A stretch of 64,000 nucleotides of DNA from Octopus sinensis (lineage: Eukaryota). Below are positions 51,713-64,000 of this stretch, piece after piece. Both the position numbers and the translations under genes were made by a program. The notes under the pieces were generated by a model. That model did no database searches, was not told where the DNA came from, and worked only from the letters and a program-made list of their open reading frames with translations. The stretch is from NCBI RefSeq assembly GCF_006345805.1, contig NC_043008.1:50530001-50594000 (forward strand). Reading direction: 5' to 3'. Numbering within the stretch: position 1 is the first letter of the stretch; each line of letters opens with the position of its first letter.

Positions 51713-52391
51713 AAAAATATTTTGTGGGGTTTCTTTTTAGCACATCAGTGGCATGTAAAAAGCAAGATTGGAGCCTTGCTTCCCTTTGAAATATCAGTAT
51801 TTGCAGATTAAGACAAACAACCTTCTCAAGCACAGGGCTTGAGGTACGGTTCTACAGCTTTTTAAAAACCTCTAGGAATACTATATCTCATGTGTATCTT
51901 TTTATTTTTAAAGACAGAGTGATTTGGTAGCTATTTCTAGCCAGTCAAGCTCTCTTATATACTTGAAGAAATGTATGCATATTCTTGAAGAAATTAAATG
52001 CATTTACTTTTCACCTCAAAGACTGTGGGCTAATAGTGTACCTTGTAAGGATTAATTTAGGCCAACAATGTGTCTTATAAGGATTTGTTTAGGCCAAAAA
52101 GAATGACATTTAAGTGCTAATTAATGCCAACAGAATATTTTGTTCTCTGGTTTGTCTGGAGGAAAGCTTTTTAGTCCTCTTATATAATTACGTGTGTGTT
52201 CATGTTTCCATTATTTGAAATACAGGCAAGAATCAGAGCCAGAAGAGAATCCAGTTGTAGAAATCTTGCACCAATTTCTTCCTTGTCCAAAACATGCTAG
52301 CATAGAAAAAAAAAAGACCAGAACACATCCGTAAAATTTGATCCCAAAATTATTTCAATTTATTTTGATGTTATTTTAACTTATTCTCATA

Positions 52392-52446
52392 TGCCTTGTG
52401 AGTGGATTTGGTAGACGGAAACTGAAAGAAGCCTGTCGTATATATG

Positions 52447-52477
<31 letters not shown>

Positions 52478-52680
52478 ATGTGTTTGTGTGTTTGTCCCCC
52501 TAGCATTGCTTGACAACCAATGCTGGTGTGTTTACGTCCCCGTCACTTAGCGGTTCGGCAAAAGAGACCGATAGAATAAGTACTGGGCTTACAAAGAATA
52601 AGTCCCGGGGTCGATTTGGTCGACTAAGGCGGTGCTCCAGCATGGCCGCAGTCAAATGACTGAAACAAGTAAAAGAGTAG
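52392..52680 (+). mobile_element. SINE family B, 5'-truncated, low divergence
   Basis: Starts at gccttgtgagtggatttggtagacgg; tail tgactgaaacaagtaaaagagtagagt. Confidence 0.85.
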
Positions 52681-53364
52681 AGTAATATCCTAATTTGCAG
52701 TTGAGATTATTTTAAATTGTACTTTGAGTGACAGTAGAGGTCAGTGAACGCCTACAAGATTGTTGCAGTTGCGATCTGACAAGGCGTTTGATAGAATTGA
52801 TCGGGTGCTTACCAACCAAGCAGAAGGTTTAATCATTCGCATCCAATCATTACAAATCACCAAAGGTGTATATTACGAAGATAGATAACTCTTGATGGCT
52901 TACCAAATGGCTTTTGAACGTTTCACGATTCTTACTTATTACTGGTAATTTAAGGGTTCTGGAGTAAAGATAGATAACTCTTGTCAGCTTCATTCACCTC
53001 ACTGGAGGAATTCCCACCACGTTTCGACAGCTCCATTATAGGATCCAGTGGCTAAGGACATCACCAGAATCACTGCCCTATCAGTTGATATATAACCATT
53101 TATCACCTTCTCTTCACTATATTACTGACACTACAACAAACAGAATATATTTCTAGAGGTTTTCCCACAACCCCTAACGCCTACCTAAGCTACCCACAAA
53201 GAGTCAAAGTGCAGTTTTCAGAAACCCCCTCAATCGATATTTCCTCTTCCCTTACCTCCTAATATTTTATGCCAGTCTTAAAATTAGGACTGGGAAATTG
53301 TGTATCTGTGCACAACCAGCAAGAGATATGACAGTCAAGATAACAAAATGCTATACATACTTAC

Positions 53365-53418
53365 GTATATCTATATTTTTCACCACTGATAAGCATTTTA
53401 GAATAAACATTTTGTAAA
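53365..53418 (-). CDS. SLC35E2: SLC35E2-like transporter small exon (54 nt)
   Basis: cttctgtttcag|T TTA CAA AAT GTT TAT TCT AAA ATG CTT ATC AGT GGT GAA AAA TAT AGA TAT AC|gtaagt gives (C)LQNVYSKMLISGEKYRY(T), the expected 'CLQNVFSKKLLSGDKYRFS' segment. Phase 2-2, and it bridges the flanking exons exactly. Confidence 0.9.
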
Positions 53419-54468
53419 CTGAAACAGAAGAAGACAGGAAATTAGTTGAATGAAATCAGAGAGAGAGAGAGAGAGAGACATGATGGGTGTGATTACAACA
53501 GACGAAGACTGACGGGATGAGGAATGACAGGTAAAGTAATTAAATGATGAAGATGTCTAAGGTGTATGTTAACACAATACTATGTTCTTACTTACCTTTC
53601 GTGCCACACACTAAAGGAAGGAACTTGAGAGAGAGAGGGGGGAGAAAGAGAGAGAGAGAAGGAAATAGAGAGAGAGAGAGAGAAAGAAAGAGAGAGAGTG
53701 AGAGAGAGGAGACAGCCAGAGGAAAATGACGAAATAATGGTAAATGGTGGTAGTGCTTATTTGTTGTAACAGCTGTTGGTGGTGGTTACGACAGTGACGA
53801 AGATCACTCACACTAAAGTACATGCAATTTATTGTAATTGGCATTTTTTTTCTTTTAATTCAGTTAACAAAATAAATTGTTTGCTGTCAACTCCTTCCTT
53901 CTGACAAAAACCACAACAAACTATCGGAATGCCTGTATACATTCATGTGCGTGTGTGTGTGTGTGTGTGTGTGCAATTACATGTTTGCATTGATCAGTCG
54001 ATGCTTTTCTTGGTCCTCCGTCCCCTATCTTTCAGTTACCACCTCAGCTAATACCCATCACAACTTTCTCTCCCTCTCTCTGTCTTGTCCTTTGCCATTG
54101 TCATCATCATCGCAATAACAGACAACTAAAGCCACCAACCCCAGTGTTCACCAGTGAAATCCCTACAATTTCTATGCATTTCACTTGTAATAATGGTTTC
54201 AAATTTTGGCACAGGGCCAACAGTTTTTTGAGAGGAGTTTTACTGACTCCAGCATTTTCTTCCTTCCTTCTCAAGTCATATCAACTCATAAGGGCCAGTT
54301 TCCCAGTTTCCATACCCTATAAATTCCCCACCTGGATGGGACACTGGTCCGTTGCAGGGTTAACTCATTTTTGCCAGCTGAGTGGACTGGAGCAATATGA
54401 AATGAAGTGTCTTGCTCAAGAACACAAATGTGTTGCCTGGCTCAGGAATTGAAACCACGATTTTATGA

Positions 54469-54862
54469 TAGGCATAGGAGTGGCTGTGTGGTAAGTAGCT
54501 TGCTTATGAACCACATGGTTCTGGGTTCAGTCCCACTGTGTGGCACCTTGGACAAGTGTCTTCTACTGTAGTCTCGGGCTGAACAAAGCCTTGTGAGTGG
54601 ATTTGGTAGACGGAAACTGAAAGAAGCCCATCATATATGTGTGTGTGTGTGTGTTTGTGTGCCTGTGTGTCTGTTTGTCCCCCCAACATCGCTTGACAAC
54701 TGATGCTGGTGTGTTTACGTCCCCATAACTTAGCGGTTCGGCAAAAGAACCCGATAGAATAAGTACTAGGCTTACAAAGAATAAGTCCTGGGGTCGATTT
54801 GCTTGACTAAAGGCGGTGCTCCAGCATGGCCGCAGTCAAACGACTGAAACAAGTAAAAAGAG
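54469..54862 (+). mobile_element. SINE family B, full length
   Basis: taggcataggagtggctgtgtgg...cgactgaaacaagtaaaaag. Confidence 0.85.
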
Positions 54863-55319
54863 GAGTTGAACACCACAGTAGTTGACTGACACTTATTTTA
54901 TCAACTCCAAAAGGATAAAAGGCAAAGCTGACTTCAACAGAATTTGAACCGAGAACACAGGCAGGCGAAATGCCACAAAGAATTTGGTCTGGCATGCTAA
55001 CAGTTCCACCAACTCACTTGGAATAATAAAAGATGTAACAACAACAACAACAGTCAAGATGGAAGCAATAATGATTACAATAAATACAGATTTAGAGATG
55101 ATAATCATCGTCGAGTTTATGTTTTTGTAATTATTATGATAATTGTAAATGTACACCTGATAATGAAGATGATAAATGTAGACTTAATGAGGATAATAAG
55201 GACATTAATGAATTAATGAATACAAAAGTGAGGATGATGACAAAGAGAAAATGTAATTAGAATCAACATCGTTACAATTCAATAATAATTGAACATTTTT
55301 GATTCATCAATAAATATGA

Positions 55320-55470
55320 CAGTTTATTATTATTATTGTTATAGTTATTATTATTATTATTGTTATTATTATTATTATTATTGTTGTTATTATTATTGTT
55401 GTTATTATTTTTATTATTATTATTGTTATTATTATTGTTGTTATTATTTTTATTGTTATTATTACAGCTG
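55320..55470. repeat. (TAT)n/(TGT)n microsatellite
   Basis: Direct reading; gives the poly-Tyr/Cys ORF artefact. Confidence 0.95.
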
Positions 55471-56353
55471 CTGTTGTAAATAGTGATTAATTCCCCCCCC
55501 CCACCTCAGTCAGTTCTGCAAGAACAATATGTCACACACAACCAGTAAATCAACTGAATTAGATGTGTGATTATGATGTCAGTGTTTCTGACTTTCTTAC
55601 CATGACCTTCCTTCTTATGCGAACCACTTTACAGGGTGCAATGGCTGCTGTTTTCCTCATAACACAAGAGCTCTTCACTGAGCAGTTTTGAAGGAGATGA
55701 ATCTTTGTTGTGCCAGATGTAGAGACAGTAAAGTATGATAGCAGGAGGCGAGACAGGAACAGGTGACCCCCACCAATATTTTACAATCTAGTATTTATTT
55801 ATAGATTCATTTATAGTTGATGGTCTTATTGTTGCTATTATGTTAAAGTGTCGTATGTCCAAATTTGGCCAAATATGTTTTTTTTCAATATTTCTTTTTG
55901 CTTGCAATAGCCAGTTCTTTTGGTCAAACTATCGTATCTCCAGCTGCTTCAGATGCCAAAATATCTAAAATTGTCAAAGTGTCCTACAACAGTTTTGATC
56001 TGGAATGGTGAAACTATTTTTTTTTGTTTTCTGAAAAAGCAATGTTTTGGACTTATGACACTTTGGCATAATAGCAACGATATATTTTCAAATTTTCCAA
56101 AACCTTAAACAAACCAAAAGATATATATATTTCTTTTCCAATTATCCATAAAATCATGTCTAATCATGGGGAAACATCACCATACCCGGATACGGGAGAA
56201 GATTGATGATAGGAAGGGGACATCCAGCCATAGAGAATCTGCTTCAACAAATTCCATCTGGCCCAGGGGATGGGGGCATGGAAAAGTGAATGTTAAAAGG
56301 AGGATGGAAAAAAACAAATAAACAATGATATAGTGTGTGTGTGTGTATGTATG

Positions 56354-56399
<46 letters not shown>

Positions 56400-56675
56400 C
56401 ATACACACACACACACACATATATATAAAATAAAAGTAGATTACATATCAATAATTATATGTTCAATATAAAAGCACTCAATATTGTGCATATACAGACA
56501 TGTTCATACATACATAAAATAATAAAAGTAGTTTATATGCCAAGGAGCACAGACACACACACACACACTCATACATATATACACATGTACAGATGAGTAT
56601 GTGTATACATACAAAAGAAATGCATTACATGTCCCTGAATACATATATATATGTGAGAGTGTGTGTGTGTATATA

Positions 56676-56722
<47 letters not shown>

Positions 56723-57016
56723 CACACACACACACAAACGCGCACACACACAGGGGGAGTGCAAAAGTAGGTATACAGTTATGAAAAAGAAAACACGTAC
56801 AATACTCATGTATTTTTATAAAATAAAATTAAAAGTTGCGATAAAAGTATTATTATGATTAATGACACTGAAAATATCAAAAATGAGGTCAACTAATTTA
56901 ATGTTTTAATAATTTTAATCAAGTATTATAACACTGATACGACACTTACTGTATACCTACTATTACACCCCACCCCACCGTGTATGTATGTATGTATGTA
57001 TGTATGTATATATATA

Positions 57017-57104
<88 letters not shown>

Positions 57105-58169
57105 GTAAATAAAACTGGAAAGTTCAGAGGCTGACTATCAAAAAATGGTGTGAGAGCTGTGAAATTTGGTATGCATAAATTTCAATTGTTCTTCTTAATA
57201 ACTGTTTTGTTTCTTTCCAGGTAAAATGGACATCTGTCTGTTCAAGGAAGACTTCTACTGATAGAAGAAGTGTGTGGGCCACAAGGGGGACTATACTGAA
57301 AAATAAACCTCATTCGGTCACATTTCAGGAGAGTATCTTGGTCAGCCTATGAACTTTTCAGTCAATCCCTGTACATATACAGATACATATATACAAAAAC
57401 AGTTATTTCTGTTTTCTTGACATATATATATATATATATATTGCAAAAAGGACTTGATATAGTCGCAATATTTGAAGAAAGATTTTCTTAAAAGATATTA
57501 ACTATTTTTTTTTTTTTAAAAACCTTTGGAAAACAGAATAACATGAACTTTTTGGAATGTAATTTTCATACTGTGTGTGCTTCCATTGTTCAATTTTCCA
57601 AACACATGGCATGGATTAATCTAAGACTTCTTCAAATAATAACTTTTGAAGAAAATCTTTCTTCAAATATGTGTGTGTGTGTGTGTATTATATATATAAA
57701 CAAGCAACAAAAATTATTGATTATTAAAAACATAAATATCAATATGTATTAATCAGGCTGAATAGCCAATAACTGATGGTGACCATGTGGAGCAGACTTC
57801 TTAACAAGGCAGAAAGCCAGAAATATCAGAAGACAAGAACTGTTGATTACACCAATGTCAATATATGACTGGTATTTCTTTTACAGTGTGTGGAAGAGAT
57901 AACTAGTGAATCTGGCTTTGGCATTATTTGGGCTTAGAGAGCCTAAAGGCCCACAACTAAAGACTGGATGGCATTTGTGTCTGCTGTTGTAACAATTCTA
58001 TCAAATAACAACACAGTTGCATTGTAATAAATGTAAATAGTTTTATTCTCTGGTGAAGAGGGCCACCTTAAGGCAGGACACACTGGTCTAGAGGCCCAAT
58101 TCAGATCTATGTTGTAGCTTCCTGTTAATAAGGCCCAATGTGTTGGTTTGCTCATAAGCCTATAAAGCT

Positions 58170-58445
58170 GTTAAGAAGGTTCTGCTGGAGGGAGGGAGGG
58201 GGCGAGGGAGGGAGGGAGAGAGAGAGAGAGAGGGAATGATTGGTGTGACAAGCTTGGGGGGGGAGGGAATAATGTTTGGTAGTGGTGGGGTGTGAAGTTT
58301 GGTGATGTAGGAGGGTGTGTGAAGATTGGTCATGTGCAAGGGCGGAGTGAAACTTGACAATGTGGGTCGGGGTGGGGTGGGGGCAGTGGAATGAAGGTTT
58401 GTGCTGTGGGGGGAGGGAGGAATGGAGTTTGGTAGTGTAGGAGAG
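58170..58445. repeat. G-rich degenerate tandem repeat
   Basis: (GGGA)n and (GA)n, then about 30-nt units such as gagtttggtagtgtaggag with many G-runs. Confidence 0.75.
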
Positions 58446-59516
58446 AATATGCAATAAATAAAGTCATAAAACAACTTAATTTGGGTCGACAGTTTTGTTG
58501 ACTGAAAACATTACAATCAAAGGCAAGCCAACCATGACTACCCCCAGCTTATGGTTTCAAGCACAATGTATCTAGGACAACATTACTCAATAATGTCCTT
58601 CATTTTTAGTGAGGTGGGTTTGATCTGAAGGATATCTTACTGCTATTTCTAGCAGGCTGAGCACCAAAGGGGTCCCCTCATCATTGAAAGAGAAAACCTC
58701 CTCCAAATGACTTTTCCTGAAGAAGTAAATATAAACATCAATGTTATCCCCTCCTCATCTTGACCCCTTCCTGAGGCCCACATCTTTAATCATTTATTAG
58801 TTTCAATCATTGAACTGCGCCCATGCTGGGCAGGGCCATGAGGGTTTTAGTCAAACAAATCAACCCCAGTCCTTATTTTGCTTAAGTCTGATAATGCCCA
58901 CCCAGGTGTACTGGGCGAGTTTTTCCATGGAACCAAAACAAGAGAGGTCATCAAGTATGTTGTTGCAGATGAAAGGAGGAGATAATCCTTGATTATAATC
59001 TCTTAAAGGTTTAAATCTACATATATAGTATAATAAAGAGCTTAAGCTGCTCAACAAAATACAGTTACTTAGAATTAGTTAATAATTTCCATCTCAGAAA
59101 TAACTTCAAGAAAGTATACACTTTCACACTTTTGTTGCATGCCCCGAAATGCCATTTAACACTCCCAAGGGTTATCAGAACCTCAGCTTTATATATATTC
59201 AAATTATGTCTGTTGGAATCATTTCTCAAGAACCACAGAATACAGAGTACTTTTATTGATGCCTATAAATGAAAGAGGTAAACATTTACAAGAAAAACTG
59301 AAAAACAAGTGCTTTTTTCAAGCAAAAGTCCCTTGTGATAATTGTTCTGTATTGTCTTACAAAGACTCCCTTGTCATATTCTCCTTTTCAGAAATGTATT
59401 GAATTGGAGATTGGCTCACTGGAAACCTGTAACCAACAATGCTATTGTTCACAAATTTTGACACAAGACAAAAAAATTTTTAAATAATAACATGGAAGAG
59501 AAAAAGAAATGACTTA

Positions 59517-59795
<279 letters not shown>

Positions 59796-60323
59796 TTAGG
59801 TTGGGTGGAAATTACTGTATAAGAAGCAATATTAGCAACACACAGACAGAATCATATAGGAACATATTGCTGAACTCCATGCCAATCCTGAACAAACAGA
59901 CCCATGTCCATAGACATTCTAGCCAAGACCATCCCATCTTATTTGCAGACAACATACCTAAAACTATCTCACTTAATGCATCCTTCTTTCATAAGGTGGT
60001 AGAATGTGATTTGGTGATTTGGCTGCTAATTCTAGCAGATCGGGTGACTGAGTAGAGACTGTCATTGGTGCTTACATGTGTCTATGAACCAAACACATGT
60101 AGGCACATAGCATAATCTTACTAGAAATATAGTAACAGAAGGGTTCGACAATACCGGAACCTGACGAGTACTTTTTTCCTCTTCCTTTTATCATGGTGAG
60201 GATGAATGGAAAAATTGATTTCAACATGATTTAAGCTCAAAACAGAAGAAATTGAATACTGAAAGGCATTGTGTTTGGCATTCTAAAAGATCTGCCAATC
60301 TACTACTAATAATAATGATAAAA

Positions 60324-60490
60324 ACACCAGGACTAACAAGTATATATAACATACAGAAAATAGCACTACTAGGCACCATGCACATCCTATGTAAAACATG
60401 TTCAATACAGTAACCATAAGAGCATCACAACAAACCACAGTAAATACCCAAGGCACACACAGCTGCACTTGGTAATGCAGTGAAAGCATG
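60324..60490 (+). mobile_element. 5'-truncated R4/Dong-like (RLE) LINE 3' end, copy 1
   Basis: 60324-60413 encodes TPGLTSIYNIQKIALLGTMHILCKTCSIQ*, the typical RLE C-terminal 'IQK..LLGTAHIL' motif. Flanked by (TAA)n-like runs. Confidence 0.7.
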
Positions 60491-60514
60491 TGATAAAAAT
60501 ATGACTACTGATAT

Positions 60515-60785
60515 AATAATAATAATTGGTGTGTTGGGAATGGTAAAGAAGGGAGCGGAGAAGTATATTAAGCAACTGCCTGGTAACTCCAATATCCTTG
60601 AACTACAAAAGTTACCCTTGATGGGTACAGCGCATATACTAAAGAAAGCACTCTCCATCTAATATGGAATAGACGTGGTGATGATTTTAGCATGCAGAGC
60701 AAAACAAAAGTGCCCTTGCTACTCTTGGCCTCCAGAGGACGCCAGGTACTAAGGCAGCTGAAATAAAGTTTTAATGAAAGGAAAT
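60515..60785 (+). mobile_element. 5'-truncated R4/Dong-like (RLE) LINE 3' end, copy 2 (different family)
   Basis: IIIGVLGMVKKGAEKYIKQLPGNSNILELQKLPLMGTAHILKKALSI* (stop at 60662), followed by a 3'UTR and (ATA)n. Confidence 0.75.
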
Positions 60786-60796
60786 GATAATAATAA

Positions 60797-61452
60797 TCCT
60801 TTCTCTTATAGGCACAAGGCCTGGAATTTTTAGGCAGAGTGGTAAGTCAGTTACATTGGTCCCAGTGGTCAACAAATATTTATTTCATCAATCCCCAAAG
60901 GATGAAAGGCAAAGAAGAGCTCAGTGGAATTTGAACTCAGAACATGAATCAAATGCTGCTAGGCATCATCTTTGTCCAGGATGCTTCTGCCATGATTTGT
61001 GTGGGAACTAGGAGCGTGCTCTCAAGGGAGATAATCAGAGATCGTAATACTTCATGTAAAGTAAAGCAAATATAACAAATAATCCAGAATCCTTGTCCAG
61101 TACCGGATTGATCCCAAAATCTAATCAGTTTGTGCTAGTCATGAGGCCAAACATCCCTGAAAGCTTCATCGAAATCCATCCAGCGGTTCTTGAGATTTCT
61201 TGTCCACAGACAAAGAAACAGATGCAACTGAAAACAATACCTCTGCCTTCGCTAAGGTGGAGGTAATAACAATCCTTTCTATAGGCACAAGGCCTGAGAT
61301 TTTGGGGCGATCCCAGTGCGTTACTGGTACTTATTTCAGTGACTTCCCAAAAGGATGAAAAGCAAAGTCAACCTCGGCAGAATTTGAACTCAGAACAAAA
61401 TACTGTTAAGCACTTTGTCCAGCATGCTAACAATCCTACCAGCTCACCACCT
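60797..61452 (-). mobile_element. Two SINE family A copies (about 60797-60965 and 61272-61452) flanking a Helentron-like remnant
   Basis: aggcacaaggcctg... tail and aggatgaaa.gcaaag core, twice. Confidence 0.7.
61070..61268. mobile_element. Helentron/HINE-like remnant with terminal hairpin
   Basis: Hairpin tacctctgcctt-cgct-aaggtggaggta at 61238-61265, preceded by cacagacaaagaaacaga repeats. Confidence 0.5.
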
Positions 61453-61509
61453 TAGTAGTAGTAGTAATAACAATAATTATAATAATTTCAGTAGTACATC
61501 ATTTCTTAC

Positions 61510-61645
61510 CTCATTATCCCAACAACTATCATGTTCCTCCAGAAATTGGGCGGTTTGCCTTCGCGCTGTATGGGGACATACATGCCGCAAGGGAGATAAA
61601 TCTGTACAAAACCCAACACCGTTGTCATAACCATCTGCATGGCCC
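61510..61645 (-). CDS. SLC35E2: SLC35E2-like transporter, most 5' exon visible in the window (136 nt)
   Basis: Minus strand ttcattttcag|GG GCC ATG CAG...ATA ATG AG|gtaaga. Encodes (G)AMQMVMTTVLGFVQIYLPCGMYVPIQREGKPPNFWRNMIVVGIM(R), resembling the SLC35E2 'GAVQM...PPNF...VGLMR' segment. Not translated in this frame by the ORF track. Confidence 0.88.
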
Positions 61646-61951
61646 CTGAAAATGAATTTAAAGGAACAAAAGAGTAACTGGAAATTAAAAACAGCTTTCA
61701 TAAACTACAGCATAACGATTGGAATTTTTTAATTATTAGTTTACATTCGATGGTTTGCTCTCTCTTCATCCTGGAAAAGAAGATGTTTACCACAATCTGT
61801 GAGGACACTACGGCAACTCATACTTAACATCTCAGAAACAATGAAAAATCAAATTCTTCTTTATATAAAAAAGAAAATCGTTTTTAGTGCTAAACTTTCA
61901 ACAGGCAAAATGATGGGCAAGCCATATATATTCCATTTATTATAAAATTTC

Positions 61952-61982
<31 letters not shown>

Positions 61983-62699
61983 CATATAGACACAAAAATA
62001 TCATCATTATTTAATGTCCGTGTTCCATGCTAGCTTGGGTTGGATGGTACCACAAGAGCTGGCCAGGCCAATGCCTGCACCAGACTTCCTGTACATGTAC
62101 AGATGTGTTGTGTGTATGTCTCTCCTTGTCTTGCCATTGCATGCTAGATGTAAATGTGGGTCCCTATCATACAAGCAATGGCATTCATTTCCAGTATTTT
62201 GCAAAATGTCTGGCCAGCCATGGGGGAAATATTACCTTGCTCGGAATATAGGTGAGGGTTGGTGATAGGAATTGGCATCCAGCCATAGAAAAATCTGTCT
62301 CAATTAGACTGGCACATGTGAACAAGGAAAAGTGGAGGTTAAAACGATGACGAAGATAAAATATGTAGGTGTGAAGTCAACCGAGTTGTTAGCACATCAG
62401 ATAAATGGAAATGCAGTATTCACTCCAGTTGTCTGCACACTTGAGTTCAAATTGTGTCAACGTTAGCTGAGCCTTTCCTCCTTTCAGTGTGTTAATCAAG
62501 TACCAGTCCAATACTAGGATCAATACCCCCCCCCCACTCCTGTCGCCTCTCTGAAAGAAATCAGCTGTTTTCAGATCTGAAGAGAGATGGGTCCCAGCAG
62601 GATTTTTAAAAAAATGCCCATGACATATCATACACTGCAACAATGCTTCTGCAACCTCATCAAGGGTTAAGGCAATACGTAAGTATATAGAGTTGGGAT

Positions 62700-62890
62700 C
62701 TGGGGCCCAATCGGTTGCATGCCAGGAAAAATGCTTAGCAGCATTTCAGGCATTTGTACGTTCTAAGTTCAAATTCTGCCACGGTCGACTTTACTTTTCA
62801 TCCCTTCAGGGTTGATGAAATAAGTACCAGCTGAGCACTGGGGGTTGATGTAATCGACTTAACCCCTCTACTGAAATTGCTGGCCTTGTG
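62700..62890 (+). mobile_element. SINE family A
   Basis: gttctaagttcaaattctgccacggtcgac...aagtaccagctgagcactggggg. Confidence 0.7.
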
Positions 62891-63002
62891 CAAAAATTTG
62901 AAACCAACATAGGGTGCATATACACACACACACACACACACACATAGGAGAGGAGAAGAATTTAACAATCTTTTATTTTCTTCATTTTACTTTTCCAAGG
63001 CA

Positions 63003-63385
63003 CAGGGGTGGCAGTGTGGCAAAAAGCTTGCTTCTTAACTACATGGTTTTGGGTTCAATCCCATTGCACAGCACCTTCAACAAGTGTCTTCTATAACCCC
63101 TGAGCCAACCAAAGCCTTGTGAGTGGATCTGGTAGATGGAAACTGAAAGAAGCTCATATTGTGTGTGTGTGCATGCGTCTGTTTGTCCCTCACCACTGCT
63201 TGACAAATGATGCTGGTGTTTATGACCCCATAACTTGGTGGATTGGCAAAAGTGACCAGGTTTTAAAAAGATATAGATTAAAAATTCTTTTTTTAAACTG
63301 GGTTGTCGATTTAATTGACTATAATTTCCCAAAGGTGGTGCCTCAGCATGGCCACAATCTCATAACCGAAACAAATAAAAGATAA
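63003..63385 (+). mobile_element. SINE family B, diverged
   Basis: gtggcagtgtggcaaaaagcttgcttc...gccttgtgagtggatctggtagatgg...ccgaaacaaataaaag. Confidence 0.75.
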
Positions 63386-64000
63386 AATGTACTTTTAAAT
63401 TCAGACTGTATTTCAAATGAGATTTGAATTCAGAATGTGAAGAAACCTAATAACCTCTTACAACAACTATGAAAAAAAGAAAAAAAAAAATTTAAAAAAC
63501 CCCCTACACATGACTGTCTCGAGTCCTAGGCCTCATGGGGCCAGTTATCTGATTCCCATAGTGTGGAAGTGATGAAATCACCCCAACACCTCTGCTGAAT
63601 GGGACGACAGCCAGTCGGAAGTTGATTCATTTGCAGCAATGTGGCATGAAGTGCTTTCACTCCCAAACACAACAGTGATCTTGTGACACCATGAGAGCAA
63701 CACCTTAACTACCAAGTCACGCGCATTCACACAACAACACCAAACAGCCACAAACAGGTCAGCACAACTGGGTGGAGAATGATAAATATAGCTGACCTCA
63801 AAACAAAACCCTGTCCTTATCTCTATCAACCATGGCGAGAAAGGCAAGGGCTCTGGCTTTGAGATTCTGCCCCTGGATACAAAAAGGGCCTGCCCCATGT
63901 TACAGTTAACTAACTTATTAAGACCTCATAACCATTTTCACCCACCCTTTTCATAGTAAACACTTCTCTAGAAACTAGGTTACATCCACCATTATTATAA

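Noticed and set aside
57221-57320. Plus-strand exon-like segment (tttccag|GTAAAATGGAC...) antisense to SLC35E2
   Set aside because: Only an 11-codon ORF and a weak donor; indistinguishable from chance without RNA data.

Overview
AT-rich, repeat-dense eukaryotic DNA. The SINE/RTE repeat types and the dense (AT)n/(AC)n/(GAT)n microsatellites look like an octopod cephalopod genome (inference from repeat style, no database search). Two spliced genes converge tail to tail. (1) On +, the last coding exon of a CREB-regulated transcription coactivator (CRTC/TORC; TORC_C domain) at 15810-16021. No upstream exon was recognisable, so 1-15809 is probably its final intron, and the SINE-poor stretch after the stop may be a very long 3'UTR. 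(2) On -, five exons (61510-61645, 59518-59766, 53365-53418, 48150-48353, 42931-43138) of an SLC35E2-like nucleotide-sugar/TPT-family transporter. All four junctions are GT-AG and phase-consistent, and the 5' exons lie beyond the window. The rest is at least four tRNA-derived SINE families, RTE and R4/Dong-like LINE remnants, piggyBac-type MITEs, Helitron/Helentron-like remnants and simple repeats. Nearly all other ORFs in the track are microsatellite or repeat artefacts. Best lead: a minimal hammerhead-ribozyme motif (CTGATGA...GAAAC-ATGCAT-GTC) at the tip of a ~140-nt rod-like hairpin at 2437-2579, sense to the CRTC intron. Its 3' flank is homologous to the arms of a 127-bp inverted repeat at 36121-36444. 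A separate 132-bp loopless palindrome lies at 18700-18831. Together these suggest Penelope/retrozyme-like dsRNA-forming elements in and around a memory-related gene. Repeat boundaries are approximate, read by eye.
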